Positions 33,370 through 41,712 of a stretch of DNA of 63,503 nt are shown here, piece by piece. A program made the translations under genes and the position numbers. Under the pieces are notes generated by a model that was not told where the DNA came from, ran no database searches, and saw nothing but the letters and a program-made list of their open reading frames with translations. The DNA is from Candidatus Omnitrophota bacterium (lineage in GTDB: Bacteria > Omnitrophota > Gorgyraeia > 1-14-0-20-64-10), in the NCBI GenBank assembly GCA_016177405.1, contig JACOVG010000009.1:1-63503 (forward strand), read 5' to 3'. Each line of letters starts with the position of its first letter. Position 1 is the stretch's first letter.

Positions 33370-34137
33370 ATGAGCAAACTAATCTTTGTCAGTTGCGGGC
33401 AACAGACAACCCTAGAGAAGGAGCTAGCCGAGGCAATTTGCTCGACGGTAGATGCCACGGCAGGTTTTAAGGCATTTTATGCCGATCAGGTACAGAGCTT
33501 AGATGCACTCACGGAGAAGATTTTTGAGGCTCTAAAAATCTGCTCAGGGATGATAAGCGTGTTGCATCCACGCGGCCAGGTTCAATGGCCTGCCGAGACC
33601 CCATGGGGTGTGAGATCATCCGTGTGGATCAATCAGGAGATCGCAATTCTCGCGTTTCGGCAATTCAGTCACAGGGTCAAGGCACCTCTTCTGACTTTCA
33701 TGGCTAAGGTTAAGCTTGAGGGGGCAATGACCGGCCTAATAACAAACCCAATCCCATTAGGCACGAAGAATGAGACTGTTGCAAAGGTAGCGGAGTGGCT
33801 TGCGGCTGGAGGTTTCCCAGACGCTCCGTATCAAGTCTCCGAAGCAATCTTCAGGCAGGGTTGGGAATCTCTTCGGCCAGAAAGTCGTATAGCTATCATG
33901 GCACTTGTTGAGGAAGGCGGAGTTGATGTCAAGGAGCACCGAGTCAGAAGGGCGATGGAAGCGCGACATGGGTTGGAAAAAGTAGGCAACATATTTTTGG
34001 AACTCCGTAGCGATTTGATAAATGCGGACTTAGTAAAATGGAAGCAAGATAGTTATAGCGGAAATGAGATGTCTGTGAATCCGACCTATAGAGATCAGAT
34101 ATTGGAAGCGGTCAACAAGCTGCGAGAGATGCACTGA
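33370..34137 (+). CDS. TIR-like / nucleoside 2-deoxyribosyltransferase-like N-terminal domain protein with helical C-terminal domain
   Basis: LIFVSCGQ first strand, ISVLHP, SSVWINQEIAIL (SxWxxxEI-type motif seen in DUF1863/ThsB-like TIR folds). Assignment by eye only. Confidence 0.35.
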   Translation: MSKLIFVSCGQQTTLEKELAEAICSTVDATAGFKAFYADQVQSLDALTEKIFEALKICSGMISVLHPRGQVQWPAETPWGVRSSVWINQEIAILAFRQFSHRVKAPLLTFMAKVKLEGAMTGLITNPIPLGTKNETVAKVAEWLAAGGFPDAPYQVSEAIFRQGWESLRPESRIAIMALVEEGGVDVKEHRVRRAMEARHGLEKVGNIFLELRSDLINADLVKWKQDSYSGNEMSVNPTYRDQILEAVNKLREMH

Positions 34138-34198
34138 GCGCAGATGAGTAGCATGGATGGAACGAGATTTATACGGAAGCTGATCGCTGAGTGAGAGG

Positions 34199-34269
34199 GG
34201 AGGCGTTACTGGGTGTGCCATGCTGGACGGTGGCTAGGCTGGCACCGGCAGTAACGCCTCCGTTTTATC
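34199..34269. repeat. B-type palindromic element B2
   Basis: GGAGGCGTTACTGGGTGTGCC...GGCACCGGCAGTAACGCCTCC followed by GTTTTATC. Confidence 0.7.
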
Positions 34270-34282
34270 AAGGGAGAATACG

Positions 34283-34474
34283 ATGATCATCCTCACGGGG
34301 TTTTGGCCAAAGGTGTTTCTGGCGGCGATCCTGACGGCGGCGATCGCCAAGGCATTCCGCTGCCCGGTGAGCTTTCCCGCGCTCTTCTTCTTTGCCTCCA
34401 TCGGTTGGGTGGCCCTGTGGATCCTGCTGCTGCTGGCGGAGAGGCGGCTGGAGAAGTGGAGGAGCCGGAAGTAA
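34283..34474 (+). CDS. small two-TM membrane protein (63 aa)
   Basis: GFWPKVFLAAILTAAIAKAF and FFFASIGWVALWILLLLA. AAGGGAG RBS upstream. Confidence 0.4.
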   Translation: MIILTGFWPKVFLAAILTAAIAKAFRCPVSFPALFFFASIGWVALWILLLLAERRLEKWRSRK

Positions 34475-34530
34475 TCTTTTTTATCTATCAGGATATAGTG
34501 TATAATCTATATTGAGGGAGGGAAGCCAAG

Positions 34531-35244
34531 GTGGAGTCGAAGGTCAGAGGGGCGCAGAGGGCTGTTCTGCGGGTCTTTTCCAGGCAGGCGGGCGATTTCG
34601 CGCTGGCCGGAGGGACGGCGCTGGAGCTGTATTACCTGCATCACCGGTTTTCCGCCGATCTGGATTTCTTCTCTCCCAGGTACGGCCTTTCGGAGATTGA
34701 GCGGTTGGTTTCGGCGTTCGAAAAGGGCCTGCGCCAGAAGATGCGGCTGGAGTCTGAATCGGAGGCGGGCGGGAGGGCAAGGGTCCGGGTTTACTCGATG
34801 CCCGTGAAGGGGTCACCGCGGCCGCTTAAGATCGATTTTGTGGAGGACGTCCTGGTGAAGAAGCCGGAGATCCGGAAGGCGGACGGCGTTCGGGTCTACA
34901 GCCCGGAGAATATTTATTTCATGAAGATCGCCGCCATCTCCGGGATCCGGCCTATGGTGGATGAGGTGGGAAGGGAAGTGATGGAGGGGCGGGGTCAGGC
35001 GCGCGACGTCTTCGATGTGCACCTTCTCTCAAAGTGCTTTGAGCCCCTGCGTCTTTTCCTCAAGGCTGTCCCCGCGCCCTGGCAGAAAGGGATCGTCCAT
35101 TGGTACAGGACCTTTTCCCGGCAAGAGTTGAAGCTTGCCCTGATGGATCTGGACATTTATGACGCGAAATTCGATTCGGGAGAGATGATCCGGTACCTGG
35201 AGGATGAAGTGAGGCAATTTGCCAAGGCGGTCCTTGAGGCATGA
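34531..35244 (+). CDS. AbiEii/AbiGii-family nucleotidyltransferase toxin-like protein
   Basis: FALAGGTALELYYLHHRFSADLDFF NTase core. GTG start with GAGGGAGGG RBS. TATAAT at 34501-34506. Confidence 0.65.
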   Translation: MESKVRGAQRAVLRVFSRQAGDFALAGGTALELYYLHHRFSADLDFFSPRYGLSEIERLVSAFEKGLRQKMRLESESEAGGRARVRVYSMPVKGSPRPLKIDFVEDVLVKKPEIRKADGVRVYSPENIYFMKIAAISGIRPMVDEVGREVMEGRGQARDVFDVHLLSKCFEPLRLFLKAVPAPWQKGIVHWYRTFSRQELKLALMDLDIYDAKFDSGEMIRYLEDEVRQFAKAVLEA

Positions 35245-35747
35245 GGATCGCCAGGTACTTCTGGGATTTGAACGGGGCGGCCCTCCGGGAGACGGAGAGG
35301 GTCCTTAAAAATCCCAAGCACCCCCTGTTTGGCCGGCGAATGATTGCTCTTTTATCGCGCTGTGACCAGCCCCGGGAACTCTTCTCGATCCTTCCCAAAA
35401 GGGAGTTTCTGGAGGCCTGGCCCACGATTCGAACGCAGTGGCTGAAGCGAGTCCGGCGCTCGGACTCAAGAGACTGGTGGGAGACCCTCTATGAGGAGAT
35501 GGTCAGGGCGGATCCGCGCGGGCCCATCCCCGTGAGGGGGGAAACCCCTGATTTTTTCCGCCGGCTTGGGGCCACGGTCAAGGAGGCGAGGTTTGAGAAG
35601 GGTTTAAGCCAAAGGCAGTTGGCCCTCCGGGTCGGGATGAGGCAGCCGGATATCTCCAGGATTGAAGAGGGCAAGAAGAATGTCACCCTCTTTACGCTGA
35701 CTCGGCTGTGCAGGGTGCTGGGGATCAAGAAAATCGAGATTGCCTAG
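35241..35747 (+). CDS. XRE-type HTH protein with N-terminal YFWDLN domain (candidate antitoxin/regulator)
   Basis: 4-nt overlap with the NTase gene. C-terminal GLSQRQLALRVGMRQPDISRIEEGKKNVTLFTLTRL. Confidence 0.6.
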   Translation: MRIARYFWDLNGAALRETERVLKNPKHPLFGRRMIALLSRCDQPRELFSILPKREFLEAWPTIRTQWLKRVRRSDSRDWWETLYEEMVRADPRGPIPVRGETPDFFRRLGATVKEARFEKGLSQRQLALRVGMRQPDISRIEEGKKNVTLFTLTRLCRVLGIKKIEIA

Positions 35748-35787
35748 AAAGCAGACAGAATGGGAGGAATCACCGATTTGTGAGCCG

Positions 35788-35855
35788 TAACGGTACCGGG
35801 TACGCGGGGGACAGGTAACAGCGTAATGGGTCCCGCCGGAACCCGGTACGGAAAC
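35788..35855. repeat. A-type palindromic element A3
   Basis: TAACGGTACCGGGTACGCGGGGGACAGGTAACAGCGTAATGGGTCCCGCCGGAACCCGGTACGGAAAC. Confidence 0.75.
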
Positions 35856-35868
35856 GGTCCGAAGGAAC

Positions 35869-36057
35869 ATGGAACGCTTTCCGGAAGGTTTCATGTTTCA
35901 GCTGACGCGGGAAGAACATCAATCTCTAAGGTTCCAATTTGGAACCTTAGAAGTTGGGGTACCGTTTCCGGGAGTGCCGGGTTTAAGGGAGAAAAAGGGG
36001 ACGCTTCATAGGGGGACAGTTCACCAGGCCCCCAAGCGTCCCAAAACCACGTGTTGA
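35869..36057 (+). pseudogene. ORF6N/KilA-N-type DNA-binding domain remnant
   Basis: MERFPEGFMFQLTREEHQSLRFQFGT matches the conserved ERFPEDFMFQLT..E...LRSQ core of ORF6N proteins. The reading frame then degenerates into repeat sequence. Confidence 0.55.
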
Positions 36058-36065
36058 ACAGGCCC

Positions 36066-36090
36066 CAGCGGTAACGCCTCCGGTTTACTC
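36066..36090. repeat. B-type half element B3
   Basis: CAGCGGTAACGCCTCCGGTTTACTC: right arm only. Confidence 0.55.
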
Positions 36091-36139
36091 GCAGATTTTA
36101 TCAACAAATTGTATATACAGAATGTTATAATCTAGTTGA

Positions 36140-36400
36140 ATGAAAGAGATCCGGTGGAATCTACTGAAGAGCGAGAGGATTAAACGTGCCAGGGGCGCTT
36201 CTTTTGAAGAGATCCTCCAAGCTCCTTTGATCGCGGTCAAGAAGCATCCCAAAAAAGAACATCAAAATATCATGCTCTTTGAGCGCAAGGGATACGTTTG
36301 GGTGGTTCCGTATGTTGAGAATGACGACGAGATATTCCTGAAAACCCTATACCCGAGCCGGAGGTACACGAAGATGTACAGAAGGGGCGAATTGAAATGA
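36140..36400 (+). CDS. brnT: BrnT-family (DUF497) toxin
   Basis: 86 aa. RGASFEEILQA...FERKGYVWVVPYVENDDEIFLKTLYPSRRYTKMY, typical BrnT layout. TATAAT at 36126-36131. Confidence 0.7.
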   Translation: MKEIRWNLLKSERIKRARGASFEEILQAPLIAVKKHPKKEHQNIMLFERKGYVWVVPYVENDDEIFLKTLYPSRRYTKMYRRGELK

Positions 36401-36654
36401 GACAGCTCAAATTGACCAGGCAGGAGAGGGCGCTTGAGGGTGCTTTGGTTCGCGGCGAATACCAGGATGTTTCGAAATTGGAGTTTGAGGGAATCGCCCG
36501 GGCAGTCGCCCACAGAAAGAAGGATGCCGTCCTCAACCTCCGCGTGAACAGCCAAGATCTGGAAGATGTGAAGCACAAGGCCAGGAAGCTGGGCGTCAAG
36601 TATCAAGCCTTCTTGTCGGAGCTTATTCACCGCGTTGCCCATAGCGAACTTTGA
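36397..36654 (+). CDS. brnA: BrnA-family antitoxin (RHH/CopG-like C-terminus)
   Basis: 4-nt overlap with brnT. VLNLRVNSQDLEDVKHKARKLGVKYQAFLSELIH. Confidence 0.7.
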   Translation: MRQLKLTRQERALEGALVRGEYQDVSKLEFEGIARAVAHRKKDAVLNLRVNSQDLEDVKHKARKLGVKYQAFLSELIHRVAHSEL

Positions 36655-36677
36655 AGCTTGAGCCTAACGGTACCGTA

Positions 36678-37805
36678 ATGGCAGGGTATACCTGCGTGGA
36701 TAACGCGCAAGACCTCGCCCGTTTAACCCAAAGGCTGCATGCCGCGGCCCGCGTGGGCATGGACACCGAAGCCGACAGCCTGCACCATTACTACGAGAAG
36801 GTCTGCCTGATCCAGCTAAGCTTTTTGGGAGCGAATTATATCGTCGATCCCCTCGGCGGTTTTTCCCTTTCGGAGTTTCTTGAGGTGTTGTCTCAAAAAG
36901 AGATGATCTTCCAGGGCGCGGACTATGACCTCCGCATCTTGAAGAAGTCATTCGGGTTCCGGCCGAAAGCCCCCATCTTCGACACCATGCTGGCCGCCCA
37001 GGTTCTGGGCTATGAAAAGATCGGACTCGCGGCGCTGGTCGAAAGATTCTTCGGAGTTTTCATGTCGAAGGCAGGGCAGAAATCCGACTGGTCCAAGCGG
37101 CCTTTGCCCGCGCGGCTGCTTGCCTATGCCTCGGATGACACAAAATATCTGGAAACGATCGCCGACGCCCTGACGGAAAACCTTCAAAAACTCAACCGAA
37201 TCACCTGGCACCGGGAATGCTGCGAGCGCGTGGTCAAAACCTCCGGGCTTGCCGATAGAAGCGAAGAGAAAGAGGCGTGGCGCGTTAAGGGATCTTCCCT
37301 GTTATCCCCCCGGGAGCTTGTCTTTGTGCGGGAGCTCTGGAAATGGCGGGACGAGGAAGCCCGGAAAAAAGACCGGCCGGCTTTTCATATCTTGAAGAAC
37401 GAGGAACTTATCGAGCTTGCCGGATGGCAGGCGAGGAATCAGAAAAGCCCGCTTCACCAGGGCCCCTCGTTTCTGAAGAGGTTCACCGGAGAAAATCTCG
37501 CGCGGCTTGAAAACGCGGTTCGGTCCGCGAAGAACATCCCCCCGGCGGAATGGCCGCTCCCGAGAGAGAGGACGAGGCGGGCCTATGAGCAGCCCGATCA
37601 GGAGAAGCTGGAGTCGCTGCTGGCCGCCTGCGGAACGCTGGCGAAGAAACTGGAAATCGAACCCTCCTTTCTGGCCTCCCGCGGCGCGTTAACGGCCGTG
37701 GTTCAGCATCGGCCCCGATCCATCGAAAAGGTAATGGAAGTCAGCGGCATGATGCGTTGGCAGGCCGAGTTGATGATGCCCGCGATCCACGGGCTGAATG
37801 GGTAG
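36678..37805 (+). CDS. rnd: ribonuclease D (DEDD 3'-5' exonuclease plus HRDC)
   Basis: VGMDTEADSLHHYYEKVCLIQLS, GADYDLRIL, YASDDTKYL. Start set at ATG 36678; the ORF-track TTG start lies in the A-type half element GCCTAACGGTACCG at 36660-36673. Confidence 0.8.
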   Translation: MAGYTCVDNAQDLARLTQRLHAAARVGMDTEADSLHHYYEKVCLIQLSFLGANYIVDPLGGFSLSEFLEVLSQKEMIFQGADYDLRILKKSFGFRPKAPIFDTMLAAQVLGYEKIGLAALVERFFGVFMSKAGQKSDWSKRPLPARLLAYASDDTKYLETIADALTENLQKLNRITWHRECCERVVKTSGLADRSEEKEAWRVKGSSLLSPRELVFVRELWKWRDEEARKKDRPAFHILKNEELIELAGWQARNQKSPLHQGPSFLKRFTGENLARLENAVRSAKNIPPAEWPLPRERTRRAYEQPDQEKLESLLAACGTLAKKLEIEPSFLASRGALTAVVQHRPRSIEKVMEVSGMMRWQAELMMPAIHGLNG

Positions 37806-37828
37806 GCAGTGACGCCTCCGGTTTATTC
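37806..37828. repeat. B-type half element B4
   Basis: GCAGTGACGCCTCCGGTTTATTC, immediately after the rnd stop. Confidence 0.5.
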
Positions 37829-38395
37829 CCAGGAGAGGAAGAGGAGGTTGCCGGAGGCGGGGAGGGCGACGTCGTTGAGCGTTGGCCCCAGGCGGCGGAA
37901 GTAGCCCATCAGGTGGCGTGCGGCGCAGCGGCCGCAGTAGGTTTTGACCTCGTCGGGGCGGGGGGCCTTGAAGCCGCCAAACCCTCCTTTCTGGGAACTC
38001 TTGTAGAGGGAGTGGCCCACCCAGTTGAAGGAAGCGATCTTCTGGCATTGCTTGCAGCGGCCGTCTGCCGGCGGCAGGAGCGAAGCGATCAACGCGGCGT
38101 CCTGGCCGCTGAAGCCCCAGTCCTTCAGGTCCCCGACCCGGTAGCCCTGGTAGGAGCTCCAGCTCTTTCCGGCCAGGGGCTGGGTCACGACGCCCTGGCC
38201 CTGGAACATGTAGAAGGCCTCATCCATCTGATGCCCGAGGCAGGCGGGGCAAAGGAGCCGGTCGGAGAGGGTCTTATCGAGGAGCTCGCGGCCCCGTTTC
38301 TCGGTCCGGGTGATCCGGAAGCGGATCTGGCTCTCCCGCCTTCGGCAGTCGGCGCATGGCTGGGGCGGTTTCTTCCGGAACGGCCAGATCACCAC
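37823..38395 (-). CDS. cysteine-rich zinc-ribbon protein, translationally coupled to the upstream giant secreted protein
   Basis: GTG GTG at 38395-38390 overlaps the upstream TGA. CADC, CPAC, CKQC and CGRC pairs. Confidence 0.45.
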   Translation of the reverse strand: MVIWPFRKKPPQPCADCRRRESQIRFRITRTEKRGRELLDKTLSDRLLCPACLGHQMDEAFYMFQGQGVVTQPLAGKSWSSYQGYRVGDLKDWGFSGQDAALIASLLPPADGRCKQCQKIASFNWVGHSLYKSSQKGGFGGFKAPRPDEVKTYCGRCAARHLMGYFRRLGPTLNDVALPASGNLLFLSWE

Positions 38396-41300
38396 TCGAT
38401 GGAGAGGAGGGTGGAGCCGTGCATCCGGGGGGCGAAGGCCCTGGCGTCCATCTCCCACACATTCCCGTTCCAGGGGTCCCCGAATTGGACAACGTTGCGG
38501 CCGTCCGCGTGGTGGCCGATCTCCTTGACGCGAACCCAGTGGTAAGCGGCCGGCCGGCCCGGCCCCGCGACGTTGACGATGGCGACAACCTGCCTGCCCC
38601 TGATCAGCTCCCGCTCGACGGTGCGTAAGGTGGCGATTTTCCCCGGCTGGACGCCGAGAATCTGCTTGGCCCCATCGGTGTGGAGGAAGACGGCCACGTC
38701 CCGGGTCCTCATCCCCTCCCCGGCCTTGTAGAGGAATCCCTTCCAGGAAGCCCGCTCAAGATTCTGCGCCTCGGTGCGGGCGGCCAGCCCGGCGTCGCGC
38801 CGGCAGGACTCGATCACCCCCAGGCCGCAGGTGTCGTTCTTCACCTGCAATCCCACGCTGAATTGGCCTCCGCTGCCCGGACCCGGAGACTTGCCCGGGG
38901 AGCCCTTGGACCCGAGCACCATGGTGGCCCCCGGCATGGTGACATCCTCGTGGACCGGCCGGGCGGATACGATCACCGCGCTTTCTTCCGCGTCCTTGGC
39001 GCCCTTTCCGATCCTGATGGAAGAGCCCCCTTTTCGGCCTGCCGGGGGCGCGGCCGCGCCCCGGAGGAACGGCCCCTCCTCCATCTTCTGAATCTTGGCG
39101 GCGATCCACCGCCCGGCGGCCGCCCCCAGCACGAGCTGTGAGCCGAACCGCACGCCGGCCATGAGGCGATCGGTCCCGCTGACCCGCTCGCCGCGGGGGG
39201 TGATGCCGTAAGCCACAATGAGAACCTGGTCAACGCCGGTGGAGCTCACGTAAACCTCGTAAAGGTCCACCGTCAGGTTGGCGATGGAACGGAACGCCTT
39301 GTCCTTCCACTGCCTCTCCCCCGCCTCCAGGGAAAGATCCACCTCGTGCCTCTCGTAGCCGGTGAGGTATTCCACCCCGGGGAAGCGGGGATCCGGCCCC
39401 TTGGTGCGGGATATCTTTCCCCACCCGGGCTGATGGTCCCAAATGGAGGGGTCGGTCCCCGCCATGTTCAGGTACGCCTCGCCGATGTGCACCCGGGTGT
39501 AGTCGTTGAAGTAGAACTTATCGTCCGGTTTCGAAACGTAGCTCATCAGGATATTGGCGTTGGCCAGCATCTTAAGCTGTTGGCCGGCGAACCCGCGGAT
39601 CTCGGCGCTCTGCGTCGAATCTTGAGCCACCCCCTCGTAGAACGCCTCCAGGATGTGGAGCTCCTTCCAGAGGTGCGCGATTCTCAATTTTTCGGGGGTG
39701 TCGAACACCGCCGCCTCGGTGAGGAGGCCGCCGGAGGTCACACGGACCAGCTCCCCGTTCTGGGTGGCCAGCTTCGACAGGCCGCCGCGGGAAAATTCAA
39801 ACCCCAAAAGGCTCCATTTCCCGCCGCCTGACCCGCCGCCGGAGAAGGTCAGGGGAGAGTCGGTCGTGTAAAAGACAGGTCCTCGGAAGCCGCCGTGGGA
39901 AGCCAGCGTCAGCGTGCCGGTCTTTCCGGAGGCGGTCTCGAACGTCACGGTGAGACTCTTGCCAGCTTTCGCGGCCTCATCCTGGCTCAACCAGACGTCA
40001 ACGAAGAAGGGCTGATCCTTGGTGAGATAGGTCAGGCTCATCTGGTCGAGGGAAGGGGAACGGTTCGCCGAGCGCACCATGATCCGCGCGAAGTCCAAGG
40101 CCTCGAAGACCTCCTCGACCGGCTCGGACTCCTCCTTCTTTTCCTGGGGGGTCTCCTCCGGGGGAGCCTTGCTTTCCTGGGGCGGAGGCGGAGGGGGAGG
40201 GGTTTCTTCCCTTGGCCCGGTGGGTTTCCTCTTGGGAGGAGGCAGGCCCTCCTCCTCGTCCGGGGGCGCGCCCGGGGTTTCGCCGGGTGGTTTGGAGGAA
40301 CCCTCGTCCGGGGGAAGCGGCACCGGCCCGGCGGATTCCTCTTCGGTGGGGTCCACCTTATCCTGGCCGGGCTGGCCCTCGCGCATCGCCTCCACCGGCG
40401 GCGTTCGGAAGACCGGGTTCATCTTGAAGAGGCCCCGGAGCCCCTCGACGTGCTCTATCGTCGCTTGGTGGGGCGCGGCCAGTTGGGAGGCCTTCTCCTC
40501 CGGCAGGACGGTGAAGCCCAGCACCAGGCGGTCCGGGCTTCCCGGGGTGTTGACAAACAGGTCGAGCGTCGAGCTTAGCCCGTGGTCGAAGCCGAAGAGG
40601 CGGATCAGCAGGCCGCGCGGCTGTTTTCCGAGATCGTACGCGAATTGCTCGTAGATGAACCTCTCCGTCTCTTTCATCTCATCCTTGAGCTTGAATTGAT
40701 CGGCCGCGGCGTGCCAGCGCCAGGCCTCCTTGCCCTGAACGCGCCGGGCGAGGGCCGCCTTCTTCGCCACCCCGGCGTAGCTCTTCAGCGCCTCCTGGGC
40801 CAGGGCCGCCTCCTTGGCCGCCAGGGAATTCTTGAGCTTTTCCCTCTCCTCCTCCTTCAGGCCGCCGGAGGTATACCATTGGTTGCTGACCTGGTCCTGG
40901 GGCTGGGCATGGGCCTTCTTCACCAGGACGACCTCGTACTTCGCCTCGTCCAGGTCCGCCTGCCAGGCCGTCTTGATGCCGCTTCGGACCAGGTCGAAGG
41001 CGACGTGCAGGAACTCCTCTTCGCGGATGGTCCCTTTCTTGAGCCACTCGAAGTTCTGTTCCAGGCGCTTTTCAAGCCTTTGGGCCAGGGCCTCGTAATC
41101 CTTGATCTTCCAGCTCACATCCTCGCCGACCTTTCCCTGGAAGGCGGACAGCCAGCGTGCCTCCTTGGCCGCGAGCGAGGCGCGGATGAACTGAAGGAGC
41201 GACTTGGCGCTCTGGTAGATCTGCTGGGTCCGGGCGCCGGTGGAGGGAACAACGATCACCTGGAAGGTGACGGAGAAGGGAACGTTTTCCTGAAGGGGGA

Positions 41301-41613
41301 TGTTGGTCCCGGCCTGGTAGCGGACGACCTGGCCGGAGACGGTGATGGAGGTCCGCCCGACCTGGCCTCCGGCGATGACAACCTTGTTGTCGTCGCGGAA
41401 CTTGCCGGTGGCGATCTCCGGGTTGGCGCTCGACACCGCGACGTCCTGAACCTGCTTGGTGAAGGAGGCGGTTGTTGTCTGGCCCTGCTTCACCGTGACC
41501 TGCCGCTCGGCGGCGTCTGCCGAGGGGCCGACGGCGGCAGCGGCGCACGCCCAAACCGCCGCGGCGAACACCCAGACACGCGGGACGCGATCCACGGCAT
41601 CAGTATATTCCAT
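38389..41613 (-). CDS. 1074-aa secreted protein with Pro/Glu-rich linker and C-terminal papain-fold (C39-like) Cys-His-Asp domain
   Basis: Signal-like VWVFAAAVWACAAAAVGPSADA. PPPPPPQESKAPPEETPQEKKEESEP linker. C-terminal NDTCGLGVIESC ... AAYHWVRV ... FGDPWNG. Confidence 0.55.
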   Translation of the reverse strand: MEYTDAVDRVPRVWVFAAAVWACAAAAVGPSADAAERQVTVKQGQTTTASFTKQVQDVAVSSANPEIATGKFRDDNKVVIAGGQVGRTSITVSGQVVRYQAGTNIPLQENVPFSVTFQVIVVPSTGARTQQIYQSAKSLLQFIRASLAAKEARWLSAFQGKVGEDVSWKIKDYEALAQRLEKRLEQNFEWLKKGTIREEEFLHVAFDLVRSGIKTAWQADLDEAKYEVVLVKKAHAQPQDQVSNQWYTSGGLKEEEREKLKNSLAAKEAALAQEALKSYAGVAKKAALARRVQGKEAWRWHAAADQFKLKDEMKETERFIYEQFAYDLGKQPRGLLIRLFGFDHGLSSTLDLFVNTPGSPDRLVLGFTVLPEEKASQLAAPHQATIEHVEGLRGLFKMNPVFRTPPVEAMREGQPGQDKVDPTEEESAGPVPLPPDEGSSKPPGETPGAPPDEEEGLPPPKRKPTGPREETPPPPPPPQESKAPPEETPQEKKEESEPVEEVFEALDFARIMVRSANRSPSLDQMSLTYLTKDQPFFVDVWLSQDEAAKAGKSLTVTFETASGKTGTLTLASHGGFRGPVFYTTDSPLTFSGGGSGGGKWSLLGFEFSRGGLSKLATQNGELVRVTSGGLLTEAAVFDTPEKLRIAHLWKELHILEAFYEGVAQDSTQSAEIRGFAGQQLKMLANANILMSYVSKPDDKFYFNDYTRVHIGEAYLNMAGTDPSIWDHQPGWGKISRTKGPDPRFPGVEYLTGYERHEVDLSLEAGERQWKDKAFRSIANLTVDLYEVYVSSTGVDQVLIVAYGITPRGERVSGTDRLMAGVRFGSQLVLGAAAGRWIAAKIQKMEEGPFLRGAAAPPAGRKGGSSIRIGKGAKDAEESAVIVSARPVHEDVTMPGATMVLGSKGSPGKSPGPGSGGQFSVGLQVKNDTCGLGVIESCRRDAGLAARTEAQNLERASWKGFLYKAGEGMRTRDVAVFLHTDGAKQILGVQPGKIATLRTVERELIRGRQVVAIVNVAGPGRPAAYHWVRVKEIGHHADGRNVVQFGDPWNGNVWEMDARAFAPRMHGSTLLSIEW

Positions 41614-41712
41614 GGCCGGCGGAATTCAATACCTGAAGCGCCCGCGTGGGCAATGTGATGCAGGTCATATGGAGTCGGCGGCGCTCCGGTAGAATGAAGG
41701 GAGATCACGCAA

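Noticed and set aside
29640-37830. Classical integron (intI plus attC array)
   Set aside because: No tyrosine-recombinase-like ORF anywhere in the window. The repeats lack a matching GTTRRRY core opposite the (GCC)TAAC end, and the B-type arms run GTTAC...GTAAC. Kept only as an attC-like hypothesis in the findings.
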